Assembly (NCBI GenBank): GCA_045862955.1
Contig: BTVI01000001.1
Coordinates: forward strand, 1-64,000
DNA from: Fimbriimonadales bacterium
GTDB lineage: Bacteria > Armatimonadota > Fimbriimonadia > Fimbriimonadales > JABRVX01
DNA length: 64,000 nt
Direction of reading: 5' to 3'
Shown here in pieces: positions 9,724 to 20,683 of this stretch. The notes beneath the pieces are model-generated. The model made no database searches, had not been told where the DNA came from, and was given only the letters and a program-made list of their open reading frames with translations. The first letter of the stretch is position 1; the number at the start of each line of letters is the position of its first letter. The position numbers were made by a program, and so were the translations under genes.

Positions 9724-10232
9724 CACCGGGAGCGGGCTGACTGGGTTACTACGGCTTAGCCTGAGGCATTAGTCCGAGCGCTTCGCCCCAGCGGGGCCGG
9801 GGCAACAAGAGCAGCCCTGCGGTACCATACGAGGAACTGCTTGCTCACCCTGGCGCTCCCCTGAAGACACCGCGGAGCCCGCTTTTCCAGGCGTGGTACG
9901 AGTGGTACGATGAGATGGAACGCATCTCGCGACACTCGCGATGGCAGGAGCGCAGTGCTAGAGTCGAACGGCGACTAGTACCCCGCCACTCTGCGCTCTC
10001 AGAGATGCCTCTGCGAATTCCGCGGTAGATAGTCCGAGCAGTGCGCTTTGCTATCGCGCACACCGCACCAAAGCGCACGGGTTGCCGGAGATCTCACACG
10101 GAGTACGCTGTGATTCGCAGAGTGCGCGAAGATGGCTACTCTCGACCCCGCGAGCCGGTGTTCTCCGTGTCTCCGAACAACAACATTCGAACCCGCCAAT
10201 CTGCTAATTAGCGCGCTGCGAACGACCTCGAC

Positions 10233-11435
10233 TCAGAGCTCGCGGACGACGAGGCTGAGAATGTTCTCGTTGCCGTACCGAATCCGGTCCAACACCTCGG
10301 ATGACGGCTTTGACGTCACGCTGATGTAGCAGATCGCCCCTCCGGCCTCCTCGAGCACGATGTTCTCCATTTCTTGGACGTTGATAGACGCCTTCTGCAA
10401 CTCCCCTAGCACGTGTGCGATGACCCCTACGCGGTCGCGATGCCGGACCGCGATCAGGTGGCTGGCAGGCGACTCGGAGCGGATGTTCACCGCGTTCGGC
10501 GGCTGTCCCGAGCGTGCGAACTCTCGGATGATGCGCACGGTCTCTTCCGCCACCGCCTCTTGGGCCTGATCCGTAGAGGCGCCGATGTGATGTGTGACGT
10601 ACACGTTGGGCAGGGTCATCAGTTCGCTGTTAACCTCGCCCTCGGCTGTGGACGGCTCTTCATCGAACACGTCGAGGCCGACGCGCAGGCCACGCTCCTT
10701 GGCGTACTTCAGCAGTGCCTTCTGGTCTAGCACCTTGGCCCGGGAAGTGTTGACGAGGATCGTACCAGGCTTCAGCCGAGACAACACCTGCTCGCCGATG
10801 ATGCCCTGCGTCTCCGGGGTGAGCGCTAGGTGGATCGTCAGCACATCGCTGTCCTCGGCAACCTCCTCTATGGTTGGTCGGTAGCCCACTCCCATGTCGT
10901 CGGCGATTTCGGGAGTGATCCAGCGCGACCAACCGACCACCTTCATGCCGAAGGCCTTTCCGCGATGGACCACTTCTTGGCCAATATTGCCGAGGCCCAG
11001 CACGCCGAGTCTCCTGCCGTAGAGACCACGAGCTTTGGAGAACTCCTTCTTGTTCCACTTCCCTTCCCGGAACTGGATGACGTTATCCGGGATTCGGCGG
11101 TCGAGAGCGAGGATTAGGCCGAAGGTAAGTTCGGCTACGGCGATCGAGTTCTTGCCTGGGCAGTTGGAGACATAGATGCCGCTGCGGGATGCAGCCTCCA
11201 CGTCTATGGTGTTGTAGCCAGCCCCAGCGCGCACGACTAGGGAAAGGGACGAATCCCGTAGCATCTCTTCGGTCACGACGGTGGAGCGAACGACGAGCAC
11301 GTCGGGTCGGTGCTCTCGGATTGCAGCTGTCAGTGCCTCTTCTTTGAGGCTCGGATCACTCACGACTTCAAAGCCGCTGGCGGTAAGAGCATCCAGTCCG
11401 GACTGCTCGAACTTGTCGGCGACCAACACCTTCAT
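10233..11435 (-). CDS. serA: D-3-phosphoglycerate dehydrogenase-like (2-hydroxyacid dehydrogenase with ACT domain)
   Basis: RAGAGYNTID, N..AVAEL, GLGNIG, NTSR, DVF..EP, HIGAST, C-terminal ACT (HRDRVGVIA). Confidence 0.8.
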   Translation of the reverse strand: MKVLVADKFEQSGLDALTASGFEVVSDPSLKEEALTAAIREHRPDVLVVRSTVVTEEMLRDSSLSLVVRAGAGYNTIDVEAASRSGIYVSNCPGKNSIAVAELTFGLILALDRRIPDNVIQFREGKWNKKEFSKARGLYGRRLGVLGLGNIGQEVVHRGKAFGMKVVGWSRWITPEIADDMGVGYRPTIEEVAEDSDVLTIHLALTPETQGIIGEQVLSRLKPGTILVNTSRAKVLDQKALLKYAKERGLRVGLDVFDEEPSTAEGEVNSELMTLPNVYVTHHIGASTDQAQEAVAEETVRIIREFARSGQPPNAVNIRSESPASHLIAVRHRDRVGVIAHVLGELQKASINVQEMENIVLEEAGGAICYISVTSKPSSEVLDRIRYGNENILSLVVREL

Positions 11436-11487
11436 TGTGTTTTTCCTCCTTCGGTTGCGGGCGGTCGTTGCCCGCTGCTGCGTACGG

Positions 11488-12708
11488 TCAGATTGGGTTC
11501 ACGAACATGCCAGAGCGAAGCTTCGGCTCGAACCAGGTGGATTTCGGCGGCATGACGCCTCCGGCGTCCGACACACGAAGCACGTCTTCGATGCGGGTTG
11601 GATGGAGCAGGATTGCGGCACCTCCGTTCGCATCGGCCTTCGCCTGTAGCTCAGAGGCATCACGGATGCCTCCCACGAACTCGATATTTCTGTCGGTGCG
11701 CGGGTCGCCTATGCCGAAGACAGGCCCCAGCAGTTCGCGCTGAAATACGCTGACATCCAGGCCCTCGATAGGGTCGTCCGGTGGGGCGTTCTTGGGGCGA
11801 ATCCCGTACCAGCGACCGCCAAGGTATAGTGCTGCGCTGCCGCGTGGCGGGGGAACCGGTCCCGTCAGGTCTTCGACCTCGAAGCGCTCGCGCACTCGCG
11901 CCATCACGTCGCCGGCGGGAGCCCTGAGAACCACACGATTGTAGGGAAGTATCTGCAGCTGCCCGGCCGGAAACATCACTCCCAGAAAGCGATTGTAGGG
12001 TTCGTCTCCCGTGTGGCTCGGGTTCGCTGCCCTGAGTTCCGCACGTGCTCGCGAGGCGCTCTTCGCGCGATGGTGCCCATCGGCGATGTAGAGCGCGGGC
12101 ACCTGCTCGAACTCCCTCTGAATTTCGGTGCAGAGCGGGTCGCTTTCGTCCACCCGCCAGACCGTATGGCGAACGGCGCGGTCGTCGTCGAAGTCGTAGA
12201 GGGGGTCGCGTTGCATAACCGTGTGCATCAACTCGGTTATTCGAGGCCTGTCCCTATAGGTTAGGAACACCGGGCCCGTCTGGCACCGAGTGCGAACGAT
12301 GTGCCGAGTTCGGTCGTCTTCCTTGTCCTGCCTGGTCTTTTCGTGCTTCTTGATGCGGTCGTCGTCGTACTCGTCCACCGAGCAGAGGGCTACCACACCT
12401 GCCTGCACGTGCTCTCCCATGCGCTGACGATACACGTAGATGGCAGCGGTCTGGTCTGGGACCAGCACACCCTGCCGCTGGAACTCGGCGAGGTTCTCCG
12501 CGGCTCGATCGTATATAGCTGGCGAGTAAGGGTCGGTACCCGGCGGGAAGTCCACTTCGGAGCGAGAGATACGGAGGAAGCAGAAAGGCTTACCCGCGGC
12601 GAAGGCTCTGGCCTCGGCTTCCGTGACCACATCGTACGGGGGAGCAGCCACTTGGGCAACCATCTCGACGGGCGGGCGAAGCGCTTTGAGGGGATGAATC
12701 GTCGCCAT
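11488..12708 (-). CDS. DUF1015 family protein
   Basis: APPYDV, IKKHEKT, YIADGHHR, MPPKSTWFEPKLRSG; start taken at MATIHP. Confidence 0.9.
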   Translation of the reverse strand: MATIHPLKALRPPVEMVAQVAAPPYDVVTEAEARAFAAGKPFCFLRISRSEVDFPPGTDPYSPAIYDRAAENLAEFQRQGVLVPDQTAAIYVYRQRMGEHVQAGVVALCSVDEYDDDRIKKHEKTRQDKEDDRTRHIVRTRCQTGPVFLTYRDRPRITELMHTVMQRDPLYDFDDDRAVRHTVWRVDESDPLCTEIQREFEQVPALYIADGHHRAKSASRARAELRAANPSHTGDEPYNRFLGVMFPAGQLQILPYNRVVLRAPAGDVMARVRERFEVEDLTGPVPPPRGSAALYLGGRWYGIRPKNAPPDDPIEGLDVSVFQRELLGPVFGIGDPRTDRNIEFVGGIRDASELQAKADANGGAAILLHPTRIEDVLRVSDAGGVMPPKSTWFEPKLRSGMFVNPI

Positions 12709-12793
12709 ATCGGCCCGAAGGATACCCGAGCGGAACGCCACGGACGCATGCGACTCGCAGGGCCGGGGGAGCAATCTGACGAATAGGGAGAGC

Positions 12794-14557
12794 ATGGTGC
12801 GGTGGAGAGTGCAAGAGGCAGACGCGGGGGTGGTACGGGAGCTGTCGGAGAGTCTCGATTTGGCGGAGCTGACGGCAAGGCTGTTGGTGAATAGGGGGAT
12901 ACGGAGCCCGGAGCAAGCGCAGGCGTTTCTCTCTCCTCAGATGTCGGACCTTCACGATCCCATGCTTCTGCCCGACTGTGGCGAGGCCGTAAAGCAGATT
13001 GCGTCGGCACTCGAGAACAAGGATACGATCTTCGTCCACGGAGACTACGATGTGGACGGGATCACCTCGGCGGCAATCTGGACTCGCTGCTTGAGACGGC
13101 TAGGAGGCACTGTGGAGCCTCACCTTCCCCACCGACAGAAGGATGGATACGGATTTCATCGCGCGGGAGTGGAGCGGGCGAAGGAACTGGGCGCGTCATT
13201 GATCATCACTTGCGACTGCGGCATTTCGGCTGTCGAGGTGGTGGAATACGCCCACGAGCTGGGCATGCGTGTGGTGGTGACCGACCACCACGAACCCGGT
13301 GCTCGGGTACCGAAGGCGGAAGCCGTAGTGAATCCCCTCTTGCCTACGAGCCAGTATCCGTTTCCATACCTCGCTGGTGTCGGGGTTACGTTCAAGGTGG
13401 CGCGCGCACTGGTGGCAGAGTTGGGCCACCCGCCCGAGTCTTTCGATAGGGCTTACTTGGACCTGGCTGCGCTGGGCACCGTGTGCGACATCGTTCCCCT
13501 GCTCGATGAGAACCGCGTGCTCGCGCGGCACGGCATCGCTCGCATAGCCGAGTCGAAGAAGCTGGGGCTTCGGGCGCTGATGCGGGTCGCGGGGATTGCT
13601 CGCACCGCCGAAGAGATGACGGCGCGCGATGTCGGTTTCGTGATCGGGCCCCGACTAAACGCCGCCGGGCGAATGGACGATGCGACCGATGCCCTTCGAT
13701 TGCTTCTCACCGAAGACGCGAAGGAAGCCAGCGAGATAGCCACGCGGCTGGACCGGCACAACCGCGAGCGGCAACGCGAGCAGCAGCGCATCTTCGAGGA
13801 GGCGTGCCACCTGGTGGAAAGCCAAGGCCTGGCGCGACACAAGTTGCTGCTTGTCGCCAACGAAGGCTGGAACGCCGGAGTGGTTGGCATCGTGGCGTCC
13901 AAACTGGTGGACACGTATTGGCGGCCGGCTCTGGTGGGGTGTCGGTCCGATGGCATCGTTCGAGGCTCAGCGCGCAGCATTCCCCGGTACGATTTGTTCG
14001 GAGCCTTATCGGAACTGGGAGACCTGTTCCTTACTTACGGCGGGCATACCATGGCGGCTGGGTTTTCTTTTCGGGCCGAACACTTGGAAGAGGTGCGACG
14101 AGCCCTTGCTGAGCATGCTGACCGCCACTTGACCGATGAGGACCTGATTCCCGAGCAAGTCGCCGACGCCGAGGTGACGCCGCAGGAGGTGACGGAGCGG
14201 TTCGTCGAGGACGTGGAGGACTTCCGGCCATTCGGCCTGGGGAATCCGGAGCCGCTGCTGCTCGGGCGTAAGGTAACGTTGCTTAAGATAGAGCCGACTC
14301 GCAACCCGCTGCACCCCCGCGTGACGCTGCGGGGCGAGGGCACGAATCCCATCTTCGGCATGGCCTTCGGATTGGGAGAGCGCCTGAGCGAGTTCGGGCC
14401 GGGCGAAGAAGTAGAGATGTTGTTCGAGCCTACCTACGATTGGTGGCAGGGGAGACGCCGTCTTCGCTGGTTCGTCCGGGCTATCCGCAGGCCAGGAGAA
14501 GACGAAGCGGTAGTCGGTTCTGAGAGCCCAACCGAGTCGAGTGGGATGTCACGTTGA
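12794..14557 (+). CDS. recJ: Single-stranded DNA exonuclease RecJ
   Basis: GDYDVDG, DGYG, DHH, PRLNAAGR, GSARS, GGH.MAAG. Confidence 0.96.
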   Translation: MVRWRVQEADAGVVRELSESLDLAELTARLLVNRGIRSPEQAQAFLSPQMSDLHDPMLLPDCGEAVKQIASALENKDTIFVHGDYDVDGITSAAIWTRCLRRLGGTVEPHLPHRQKDGYGFHRAGVERAKELGASLIITCDCGISAVEVVEYAHELGMRVVVTDHHEPGARVPKAEAVVNPLLPTSQYPFPYLAGVGVTFKVARALVAELGHPPESFDRAYLDLAALGTVCDIVPLLDENRVLARHGIARIAESKKLGLRALMRVAGIARTAEEMTARDVGFVIGPRLNAAGRMDDATDALRLLLTEDAKEASEIATRLDRHNRERQREQQRIFEEACHLVESQGLARHKLLLVANEGWNAGVVGIVASKLVDTYWRPALVGCRSDGIVRGSARSIPRYDLFGALSELGDLFLTYGGHTMAAGFSFRAEHLEEVRRALAEHADRHLTDEDLIPEQVADAEVTPQEVTERFVEDVEDFRPFGLGNPEPLLLGRKVTLLKIEPTRNPLHPRVTLRGEGTNPIFGMAFGLGERLSEFGPGEEVEMLFEPTYDWWQGRRRLRWFVRAIRRPGEDEAVVGSESPTESSGMSR

Positions 14558-16782
14558 GTCCAGCTGGTGGTCAGCGATTGAGCGCAGAATGGGAGGATCC
14601 GGAGCCGCTTCAGAAGCTTCTGGAGACGGTGGCGGAACACTACACTCAGCCTCAGGCTGCACTGATTAGGGAAGCGTACTACTTTGCTGAGCGCTGCCAT
14701 AGCGGTCAGTTGCGTGACAGCGGGGATCCCTACATAACACACCCACTCGCCGTGGCCCAGATCCTCGCTGAGCTCGAGCTGGACCCCGAGACGGTAGCCG
14801 CGGGCCTGTTGCACGACGTGCTAGAGGACTGTCCCGAGAACGCCACCATGGAGATGATCGAGAGGCAGTTCGGGCACTCGGTTGCCAAGCTCGTGCAAGG
14901 CGTGACCAAGCTCCGCTTTGCGCATCGCGACGAGCCACTAGGGCCTGCAGCGAAGAAGCAGGAGGAGATCCGGCGAGCTGCGGAAAGCCTCCGCAAAGTG
15001 CTGTTAGCGATGGCTTCGGACCTGCGAGTGATGGTTATCAAGCTAGCAGATCGGCTACATAACATGCGCACGATTGACGCCCTAACTGATATCAAGCGCA
15101 AGCGCATAGCGACCGAGACCATGCACGTCTATGCCCCACTCGCCGCTAGGCTGGGCATTTGGCAAATCAAGTGGCAGTTAGAGGATCTAGCATTTCGCGA
15201 GCTCGAGCCGGAGGAGTATGCGCGTATCGCCAAGCTGATCGACAAGACGCGCGCAGAGCGCGAGGAGGAGTTGCGCGAGGCGATGCTCGCCTTGAAGGAG
15301 CACCTGGAGCGAGCCGACATAGCTGCCGAGGTGACCGGGCGACCCAAACACATCTATAGCATCTACAGCAAGATCGTGAAGCAGGGCCTTACCTTCGACC
15401 AAGTGTATGACCTGCTAGCGATACGCATCATTGTGAACAAGGAGTCCGAGTGCTACCATGCGCTGGGCGTCGTGCACGACATGTGGAAGCCGATACCCGG
15501 CATGTTCTACGACTACATTGCGAAGCCCAAGCCGAACCTCTATCGGTCACTGCACACGAAGGTGGTAGGGCCTAACGGCGAGCCGCTGGAAATTCAGATT
15601 CGCACGCACGAGATGCACCGGTTGGCAGAGTTCGGCGTAGCGGCACACTGGGCCTATAAGGAAGGCACGGAGGCGCCGGCTGAGCGTCTGCCTCGCCTTC
15701 GTCAGCAGCTGTTCGACTGGTCACGCGAATCGGAAACCTCCAGCGACTTCCTGCGCAATGTATCGGAGGACCTGTTCACCGATCAGGTGTTCGTGTTTAC
15801 GCCGAAGGGTGACGTGATTGACCTTCCCACGGGCTCTACACCCATCGACTTTGCGTACCGGATCCACACCCGGCTCGGCGAGCAGTTAGTGGGTGCAAAG
15901 GTGAATGCGCGGATCGTCCCGTTGAGCTATCAGTTGAAGAACGGTGACATCTGCGAAGTACTGACACGCCCGAAGGCGCAGCCGAGTCTGGACTGGTTGC
16001 AGTTCGTGAAGACCACCTCCGCGCGAAGCAAGATTCGTGCTTACCTGCGCAAGAGGGACATCGAGGAAAATGCGCTCCGAGGCCGGGACGCGCTCGAAAA
16101 GCACATCAAGTTCCTTGGCAGGGACCCACGGGAGTTCCTGGGTGAGGACAAGCTAACTGAGATCGCACCGCACTTCAACGCTACCACCGCAGAAGAGGTG
16201 CTGGCCAAAGTCGGCGCCGGGCTCGTCACGGTGAATGCGGTGATGGTCAAGCTGAAGGCGCTCCTACCCCAAGAGCAGGTTCAGTCGGCCGACAAGGTGG
16301 AGGGCAGAACCTTCGAGCAGCCGATCCGCATTGCCGCCGGTGGAGTGGACAACGTGATGACCCGGCGCGCACGCTGTTGTCAGCCACTGCCGGGAGACAG
16401 CGTTGTCGGCTACGTGACACGCGGACGTGGCATCGTGATCCACCGTGTGATATGTCCCAACGCTCAGCAGTTCAGCGAGACCGATCCGGGACGCGTGCAG
16501 CCCATCGAGTGGGAGGGCGACGGTGTTAGCGTCTACGGCGTCAACCTGCACATCGATGTCCTCAACCGGATCGGACTGCTAGCTGACGTCAGCCATATCT
16601 TCGGAGAGGCTAAGACGAACATCACCGCGGCACGCATACGGTCGGACAAGAACCAGATGGCATATATAGACCTTTCGATCGAGGTTCGGGATACCGACCA
16701 CCTCCGTGAGATCATGGCGAAGATCGAAAACTTCTCGGATGTCGTGGCCATCCGAAGGGTAATGGGAAAGAAGCTCGCGTGA
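14554..16782 (+). CDS. rel: Bifunctional (p)ppGpp synthetase/hydrolase
   Basis: HD domain HDVLED, KLADRLHNMRT, GRPKHIYSI, TGS and ACT domains. Confidence 0.96.
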   Translation: MSPAGGQRLSAEWEDPEPLQKLLETVAEHYTQPQAALIREAYYFAERCHSGQLRDSGDPYITHPLAVAQILAELELDPETVAAGLLHDVLEDCPENATMEMIERQFGHSVAKLVQGVTKLRFAHRDEPLGPAAKKQEEIRRAAESLRKVLLAMASDLRVMVIKLADRLHNMRTIDALTDIKRKRIATETMHVYAPLAARLGIWQIKWQLEDLAFRELEPEEYARIAKLIDKTRAEREEELREAMLALKEHLERADIAAEVTGRPKHIYSIYSKIVKQGLTFDQVYDLLAIRIIVNKESECYHALGVVHDMWKPIPGMFYDYIAKPKPNLYRSLHTKVVGPNGEPLEIQIRTHEMHRLAEFGVAAHWAYKEGTEAPAERLPRLRQQLFDWSRESETSSDFLRNVSEDLFTDQVFVFTPKGDVIDLPTGSTPIDFAYRIHTRLGEQLVGAKVNARIVPLSYQLKNGDICEVLTRPKAQPSLDWLQFVKTTSARSKIRAYLRKRDIEENALRGRDALEKHIKFLGRDPREFLGEDKLTEIAPHFNATTAEEVLAKVGAGLVTVNAVMVKLKALLPQEQVQSADKVEGRTFEQPIRIAAGGVDNVMTRRARCCQPLPGDSVVGYVTRGRGIVIHRVICPNAQQFSETDPGRVQPIEWEGDGVSVYGVNLHIDVLNRIGLLADVSHIFGEAKTNITAARIRSDKNQMAYIDLSIEVRDTDHLREIMAKIENFSDVVAIRRVMGKKLA

Positions 16783-17246
16783 GAGCTGTGGTGCAGCGAG
16801 TTTCATCCGGCAGCGTCGAGGTAGACGGTCTCCGGGTTGCCAGGATCGGCAGAGGGATGGTGGTGTTGCTCGGCATTCGTCGCACGGACACGGTGCCGGA
16901 CGCGGACTGGATAGCGCGCAAGCTGGCAGAGCTGCGCATCTTCGATGACGACGAAGGCAAGCTGAACCTTTCCCTGTCGGACGTCGGAGGAGAGGCACTG
17001 GTGGTGCCCAACTTTACGCTGTACGGCGATGCGCGCAAGGGCCGCCGCCCGAGCTACACCGAGGCTGCCGGGTTCGACCAGGGGCGCACCCTGTTCGAGC
17101 TGTGTTGCGAAAGGCTAGAATCGCACGGCATCCCGGTCAAACGCGGTGTCTACGGGGCCACAATGGCCGTATCCTTAACTAACGACGGCCCGGTGACTCT
17201 GATACTGGAGCACCCGGACACCCGTGCCGACGATTCGAGTGGCTGA
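16779..17246 (+). CDS. dtd: D-aminoacyl-tRNA deacylase
   Basis: MRAVVQRV, NFTL, NDGPVT. Confidence 0.95.
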   Translation: MRAVVQRVSSGSVEVDGLRVARIGRGMVVLLGIRRTDTVPDADWIARKLAELRIFDDDEGKLNLSLSDVGGEALVVPNFTLYGDARKGRRPSYTEAAGFDQGRTLFELCCERLESHGIPVKRGVYGATMAVSLTNDGPVTLILEHPDTRADDSSG

Positions 17247-17251
17247 AGAGC

Positions 17252-18079
17252 ATGGAAGCAGAGCGACCAGAGCAGATCGAAGAGACGCTGACCGGAGCGG
17301 CCCGTCACCGCGCCGACGGCGACCGCTCGGTAGCCGAGGGTAACGTTAGCGAGGCCCTGGAGCACTACCGAAAGGCCGTGCGGAAGGAATCGAACGATGT
17401 AGCGAGCCGTGTATCGCTCGCGGACTGCTACGCCCTGTCCGAAGAAGGGCCGCAAGCGGTCGACCAATATCGCAAAGCTTTGAAGAAGAACCCCAGACAA
17501 GCGGCGCCGCACGTGGGGTTAGGCGAGGTCTATCGTCGCTATGGCCAGCACAGGGCCGCGATCCTGCGGTTTCAGAAGGCGCTCGAGATCGAGCCCGACA
17601 ACGGCTTCATCTGGTTCAAGCTGGCCGACGCTCTTCTGACCTCGGAAGGGCCCGAGGAGGCGCTGGAGCCTGGGCTGAGAGCTGTCGAGAGCGACCCCCA
17701 AAACGCTTTCTACCGCTATTGGGTTGGCGAAGTGCTGATGGACCTGGGTCGGCCAGAGGACGCAGTCGTGCGCTACGCCGAGGCCGTGGAACTCTCGCCG
17801 GACGATGCCGGTCTGCATGCCCGGTTGGCCGTCGCGTACGCTGCGGCGCGCCGGTACCGGAAGTCGGCTGCGGGCTTTGCCCGTGCAGTGCAGATCGAGA
17901 ACGACAATCGTGCGTATATCACTTTGCTGGGGGATCTCTACCGCGTGTGCGGCAACCAGGAGATGGCCGATCAAGCGCACCAGCAGGCGGGCGAGCTGGA
18001 CGCCTACGACTCCGAGATGGTGCGAAGAGCGCGCGAGCGGATGAAGCTGCCGCCGACACCGGTTAGCGACGCCGAGTAG
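17252..18079 (+). CDS. Tetratricopeptide repeat protein
   Basis: Several 34-aa TPR units (A...Y.KAL..NP, LG..Y). Confidence 0.85.
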   Translation: MEAERPEQIEETLTGAARHRADGDRSVAEGNVSEALEHYRKAVRKESNDVASRVSLADCYALSEEGPQAVDQYRKALKKNPRQAAPHVGLGEVYRRYGQHRAAILRFQKALEIEPDNGFIWFKLADALLTSEGPEEALEPGLRAVESDPQNAFYRYWVGEVLMDLGRPEDAVVRYAEAVELSPDDAGLHARLAVAYAAARRYRKSAAGFARAVQIENDNRAYITLLGDLYRVCGNQEMADQAHQQAGELDAYDSEMVRRARERMKLPPTPVSDAE

Positions 18080-18096
18080 GCCCCATTCCATCGCTT

Positions 18097-18531
18097 CCGT
18101 GCCTAAACGTTTCGGCTGCCGACTGCGGATAGGTTGCAGTCGGGCTATCTCTCCACCCCCCATGGGGTGGAGAGACGAGAAGGCACGAGAGCCTCCATCC
18201 GAGGGCGGATGGAGGCATGGGAATGGGAGAGCGGCATGAAGCCTCCACCGCAAGCGGCGGAGGCATGCCACGCCACTATCCACTATCTCTCCACCCCCCA
18301 TGGGGTGGAGAGACGAGAAGACACGGGAGCCTCCATCCGAGGGCGGATGGAGGCACGGGAATGGGACAGCGGCATGAAGCCTCCGCCGCAAGCGGCGGAG
18401 GCATGCCACACCACTATCTCTCCACCCCCCATGGGGTGGAGAGACGAGAAGGCACGAGAGCCTCCATCCGAGGGCGGATGGAGGCATGGGAATGGCACGG
18501 GAATGGGAGAGCGGCATGAAGCCTCCGCCGC
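18097..18531. repeat. Array A of REP-like hairpins (three units of H1-H2-H3)
   Basis: H1 TCTCTCCACCCC-ccat-GGGGTGGAGAGA, H2 GCCTCCATCCG-aggg-CGGATGGAGGC, H3 GCCTCCRCCG-caag-CGGCGGAGGC; units start at 18145, 18283 and 18414; last H3 truncated. Confidence 0.92.
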
Positions 18532-18557
18532 TGGCCAGTGTTCGTGAATAATGCGGG

Positions 18558-20582
18558 CTAGTTCCTTGCCCGACGTGACCGGGCACCCACGGACGGCAAC
18601 CCACCCGACTCCAGCAACCGGCGTAGCTCCATCATCTCGTCCCGCACACGCGCCGCCTTTTCGAACTCCATCTGCTTTGCCAGCTCCTTCATCTCCGCCT
18701 CGAGGCGGGCAATCTCGGCAGGCAAGTCCTCGAGCGACATCGCGCCGATCTCTTCGGCCCGCCGCTTTCCGTATGGCGACTTAGTCTCCTTCACCTCGTA
18801 GGCGCGGACGGTCTCCCGCACCACCTTCGCCACCGTGTGTGGAGTGATGTTATGCTTGCGGTTGTACTCGTCCTGGATGCGGCGCCGCTCCATGGTCTCG
18901 TCAATCGCACGTTGCATGGAGCCGGTGATGGTGTCGGCGTACATGATCACCTTTCCATCCACATGACGCGCAGCGCGCCCGATGGTCTGCACGAGTGAGG
19001 TCTCGCTGCGCAGGAAGCCCTCTTTGTCCGCGTCCAGTATGGCCACCAGGCTAACTTCGGGTAGGTCCAACCCCTCACGTAACAGGTTGACACCTACCAC
19101 CACATCATACACACCCAATCGAAGATCCCGCAGAATCTCGGGGCGATCCAGGCTGTGGATGTCGGAGTGGATGTAGTTGACCTTGATCCCGACGTCCTTC
19201 AGGTACTCGCTGAGGTCTTCGGCCATCCGCTTGGTTAGGGTGGTGATCAGTGCTCGCTGGCCCTTCGCCACCCGCTTCTGCACTTCGCCCAGCAAGTCGT
19301 CAATCTGCCCCTCGGTCGGGCGCACCTCTACGTCGGGGTCCACGATTCCAGTAGGACGTATCACCTGTCGTACGATCTGAGCGCTATTCTCCTGCTCGAA
19401 CGGCCCAGGCGTAGCGGAGGTGAAGATCACCTGACCCACGCGCGTCAGGAACTCCTCCCACTGCAGGGGGCGATTGTCGAGCGCAGACGGCAGGCGGAAG
19501 CCATACTCCACCAAGGTGCTCTTGCGCTGATAGTCTCCGTTGTACATCGCGCGGAGCTGTGGTATGGTCTGGTGCGATTCGTCAACGAAGGTGATGAAGT
19601 CTTTCGGAAAGAAATCGATCAGTGTGTACGGCGGTGTGCCCGGCGCGCGGTTCTCGAAGTAGCGCGAGTAGTTCTCTATGCCATTACAGTATCCGAGCTC
19701 GGCGATCATCTCCAGGTCGAACTCGGTGCGCTGCTGGATCCGCTGTGCCTCCAGCAGCTTGCCCTCCGCCTTAAACTTCGCGATCTGCTCCTCCATCTCC
19801 TGCCGGATTGCTAACACCACTTCGTCCAGTCGCTCCCATGGTGTCACGTAGTGCGTGGCCGGGAAGACTGTCACGCGCTGGGGCTCGTCCAGCACCTCGC
19901 GCGTCAGGGGGTCCACGATGCGAATGCGCTCCACCTCGTCACCATAGAACTCCACTCGTGTGATGATCTCCTCGTCCTTGGGTTGTAGCTCCAGCGTGTC
20001 ACCCTGCACGCGAAAGGTACCACGCTCCAGTACCACCTGATTGCGTGTGAACTGCATTTCGACCAGTCTGCGCATGGTCTGTGCGAGGTCTAGCGGCTCG
20101 CCGACGCAGAAGGTCACTACACTCTGCGCGTACTCGTCCGGCGAGCCGAGTCCATAGATGCAACTCACCGAGGCGACGACGATGGTGTCCTTGCGCTCTA
20201 GCACTGATTTGGTAGCAGCGTGGCGAAGTCGATCGATCTCGTCGTTCACGCTGGCGTCCTTCTCGATGTACATGTCGCTCTGCGGTACGTACGCCTCTGG
20301 CTGGTAGTAGTCGTAATAGCTGATGAAGTATTGGACGGCGTTTTCCGGAAAGAACGCACGGAACTCCTGGCAGAGCTGAGCGGCCAGCGTCTTGTTGTGC
20401 GCGATCACTAGCGCCGGACGCTGGACCTGCTGAATGATGGAGGCCATGGTGAAGGTTTTGCCCGTACCCGTGGCACCCTTCAGTGTCTGGAAGCGGTAGC
20501 CGGCCTCCAAGCCCTCGACGAGCGCTGCGATCGCTTCTGGCTGGTCCCCCAGAGGCTTGTAGGTATCGGTCAGCTTGAACAC
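18558..20582 (-). CDS. uvrB: Excinuclease ABC subunit B
   Basis: [48 protein letters not shown]-terminal UVR domain. Confidence 0.98.
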   Translation of the reverse strand: MFKLTDTYKPLGDQPEAIAALVEGLEAGYRFQTLKGATGTGKTFTMASIIQQVQRPALVIAHNKTLAAQLCQEFRAFFPENAVQYFISYYDYYQPEAYVPQSDMYIEKDASVNDEIDRLRHAATKSVLERKDTIVVASVSCIYGLGSPDEYAQSVVTFCVGEPLDLAQTMRRLVEMQFTRNQVVLERGTFRVQGDTLELQPKDEEIITRVEFYGDEVERIRIVDPLTREVLDEPQRVTVFPATHYVTPWERLDEVVLAIRQEMEEQIAKFKAEGKLLEAQRIQQRTEFDLEMIAELGYCNGIENYSRYFENRAPGTPPYTLIDFFPKDFITFVDESHQTIPQLRAMYNGDYQRKSTLVEYGFRLPSALDNRPLQWEEFLTRVGQVIFTSATPGPFEQENSAQIVRQVIRPTGIVDPDVEVRPTEGQIDDLLGEVQKRVAKGQRALITTLTKRMAEDLSEYLKDVGIKVNYIHSDIHSLDRPEILRDLRLGVYDVVVGVNLLREGLDLPEVSLVAILDADKEGFLRSETSLVQTIGRAARHVDGKVIMYADTITGSMQRAIDETMERRRIQDEYNRKHNITPHTVAKVVRETVRAYEVKETKSPYGKRRAEEIGAMSLEDLPAEIARLEAEMKELAKQMEFEKAARVRDEMMELRRLLESGGLPSVGARSRRARN

Positions 20583-20588
20583 GACGTT

Positions 20589-20594
20589 AGTCTA
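20589..20594 (-). promoter_or_regulatory. Putative -10 element (TAGACT) 6 nt before the uvrB GTG, suggesting a leaderless mRNA
   Basis: Minus strand reads GG-TAGACT-aacgtc-GTG with no Shine-Dalgarno. Confidence 0.45.
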
Positions 20595-20683
20595 CCTGTT
20601 TTGGGCCTCAGCATGCTTCGAGGCACTGGGCTTTCCGGCCTGATGCATGCCCCGGCGGGGTGCTTGGGGCGGCGGTGAATGAG

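Noticed and set aside
18063..18604. ORFs across array A (for example 17519-18604 minus, 18134-18547 plus)
   Set aside because: Translations merely mirror the DNA repeats and overlap real genes; no RBS or domain
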